Shown here: in pieces, positions 31,388-32,000 of the stretch
How positions within the stretch are numbered: position 1 is the first letter of the stretch
Layout: each line of letters starts with the position of its first letter
Source of the DNA: Wigglesworthia glossinidia endosymbiont of Glossina brevipalpis
GTDB taxonomy: Bacteria; Pseudomonadota; Gammaproteobacteria; Enterobacterales; Enterobacteriaceae
NCBI GenBank assembly: GCA_000008885.1
Contig: BA000021.3
Span: forward strand, 450,001 to 482,000
DNA: 32,000 nucleotides
Direction of reading: 5' to 3'
Translations under genes and position numbers: made by a program
The notes under the pieces: model-generated
What the model saw: the letters and a program-made list of their open reading frames with translations, nothing else
What the model was told of the DNA's origin: nothing
Databases searched by the model: none

Positions 31388-32000
31388 TTATTTAATATTA
31401 AAAACTGAATTTATTATTTTTTCTTGTTCAATTTGATGAATATGAAAATGTCCTGTAGCTGTTGAAGCGGAAGAAGGACGTCCAGAATAAATTAATTCAA
31501 TTTCTTTAGAAAGAATATCTTTAATTTTATAATTTATCCAATTCCAAGCTCCTTGATTTTTTGGTTCTTCTTGACACCAAATTATCTTATTTATATTTTT
31601 ATAATTATTTAATGTTTCTATTATAATTGATTTAGGAAATGGATAAAGTTGTTCTATTCTAATTATATGAGTATTAGAAATATTATGTTTTTTGCTAGCG
31701 GATATCAAATCATAAAATATTTTTCCAGAACATAAAATTATTATTGTTATTTCATTTAAATTTTTTATATTATTTTGATCAATAATCACTTCTCTGAATT
31801 CAAAATTTGCTATATCTTCAAAAGAAGAAGTAGACAAATGGTGTCTAAGTAATGATTTAGGAGATAATACAATTAAAGGTTTTTTTATATTACAAACAAC
31901 TTGTCTAAATAACAAATTATATAGTTGAGCAGGAGTAGAAGGAATACATACTTGTATATTGTTTTGAGCACATAATTGCAAATAACGCTCTAACCTGGCA
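31388..32000 (-). CDS. sucA: 2-oxoglutarate dehydrogenase E1, C-terminal part (continues beyond window end)
   Basis: Frame stays open to the window edge: ARLERYLQLCAQNNIQVCIPSTPAQLYNLLFRQ, KPLIVLSPKSLLRH, WCQEEPKNQGAWNWI, YSGRPSSASTATGHFHIHQIEQ. Confidence 0.96.
   Translation of the reverse strand, partial: ARLERYLQLCAQNNIQVCIPSTPAQLYNLLFRQVVCNIKKPLIVLSPKSLLRHHLSTSSFEDIANFEFREVIIDQNNIKNLNEITIIILCSGKIFYDLISASKKHNISNTHIIRIEQLYPFPKSIIIETLNNYKNINKIIWCQEEPKNQGAWNWINYKIKDILSKEIELIYSGRPSSASTATGHFHIHQIEQEKIINSVFNIK

Noticed and set aside
1-32000. A previously undescribed multi-gene defence, secretion or biosynthetic system
   Set aside because: Every substantial ORF is assignable to a known family in largely ancestral enterobacterial context, leaving no unexplained gene cluster.

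Overview
This window is a compact, very AT-rich stretch of a reduced enterobacterial genome, most likely an obligate or host-restricted symbiont of the Enterobacterales. The gene content is housekeeping throughout, and several E. coli-like synteny blocks are preserved: cdsA-uppS-dxr-frr-pyrH-tsf-rpsB | map-dapD; aspA-cutA; pyrE-dut-coaBC and rpmB-rpmG; rpoZ, gmk; sucABCD-tolQRAB-pal-cpoB-tRNA-Lys. I found no mobile element, CRISPR array, phage, toxin-antitoxin module or biosynthetic cluster, and nothing that looks like a new multi-gene system. The strongest unusual signal is that two essential genes, pyrH and tilS, are each split by a frame disruption at a long poly(A) tract (A10 and A9 on the coding strand). 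In both cases the same one-nucleotide (+1 A) correction restores a full conserved protein, which suggests either tolerated homopolymer indels rescued by transcriptional or translational slippage, or paired sequencing errors. Also notable are tRNA genes without an encoded CCA, retained MarC and MarR-family genes with visibly less AT-biased sequence, a truncated RpoZ, an isolated GC-rich inverted repeat in an intergenic region, and several long gene-free AT deserts.
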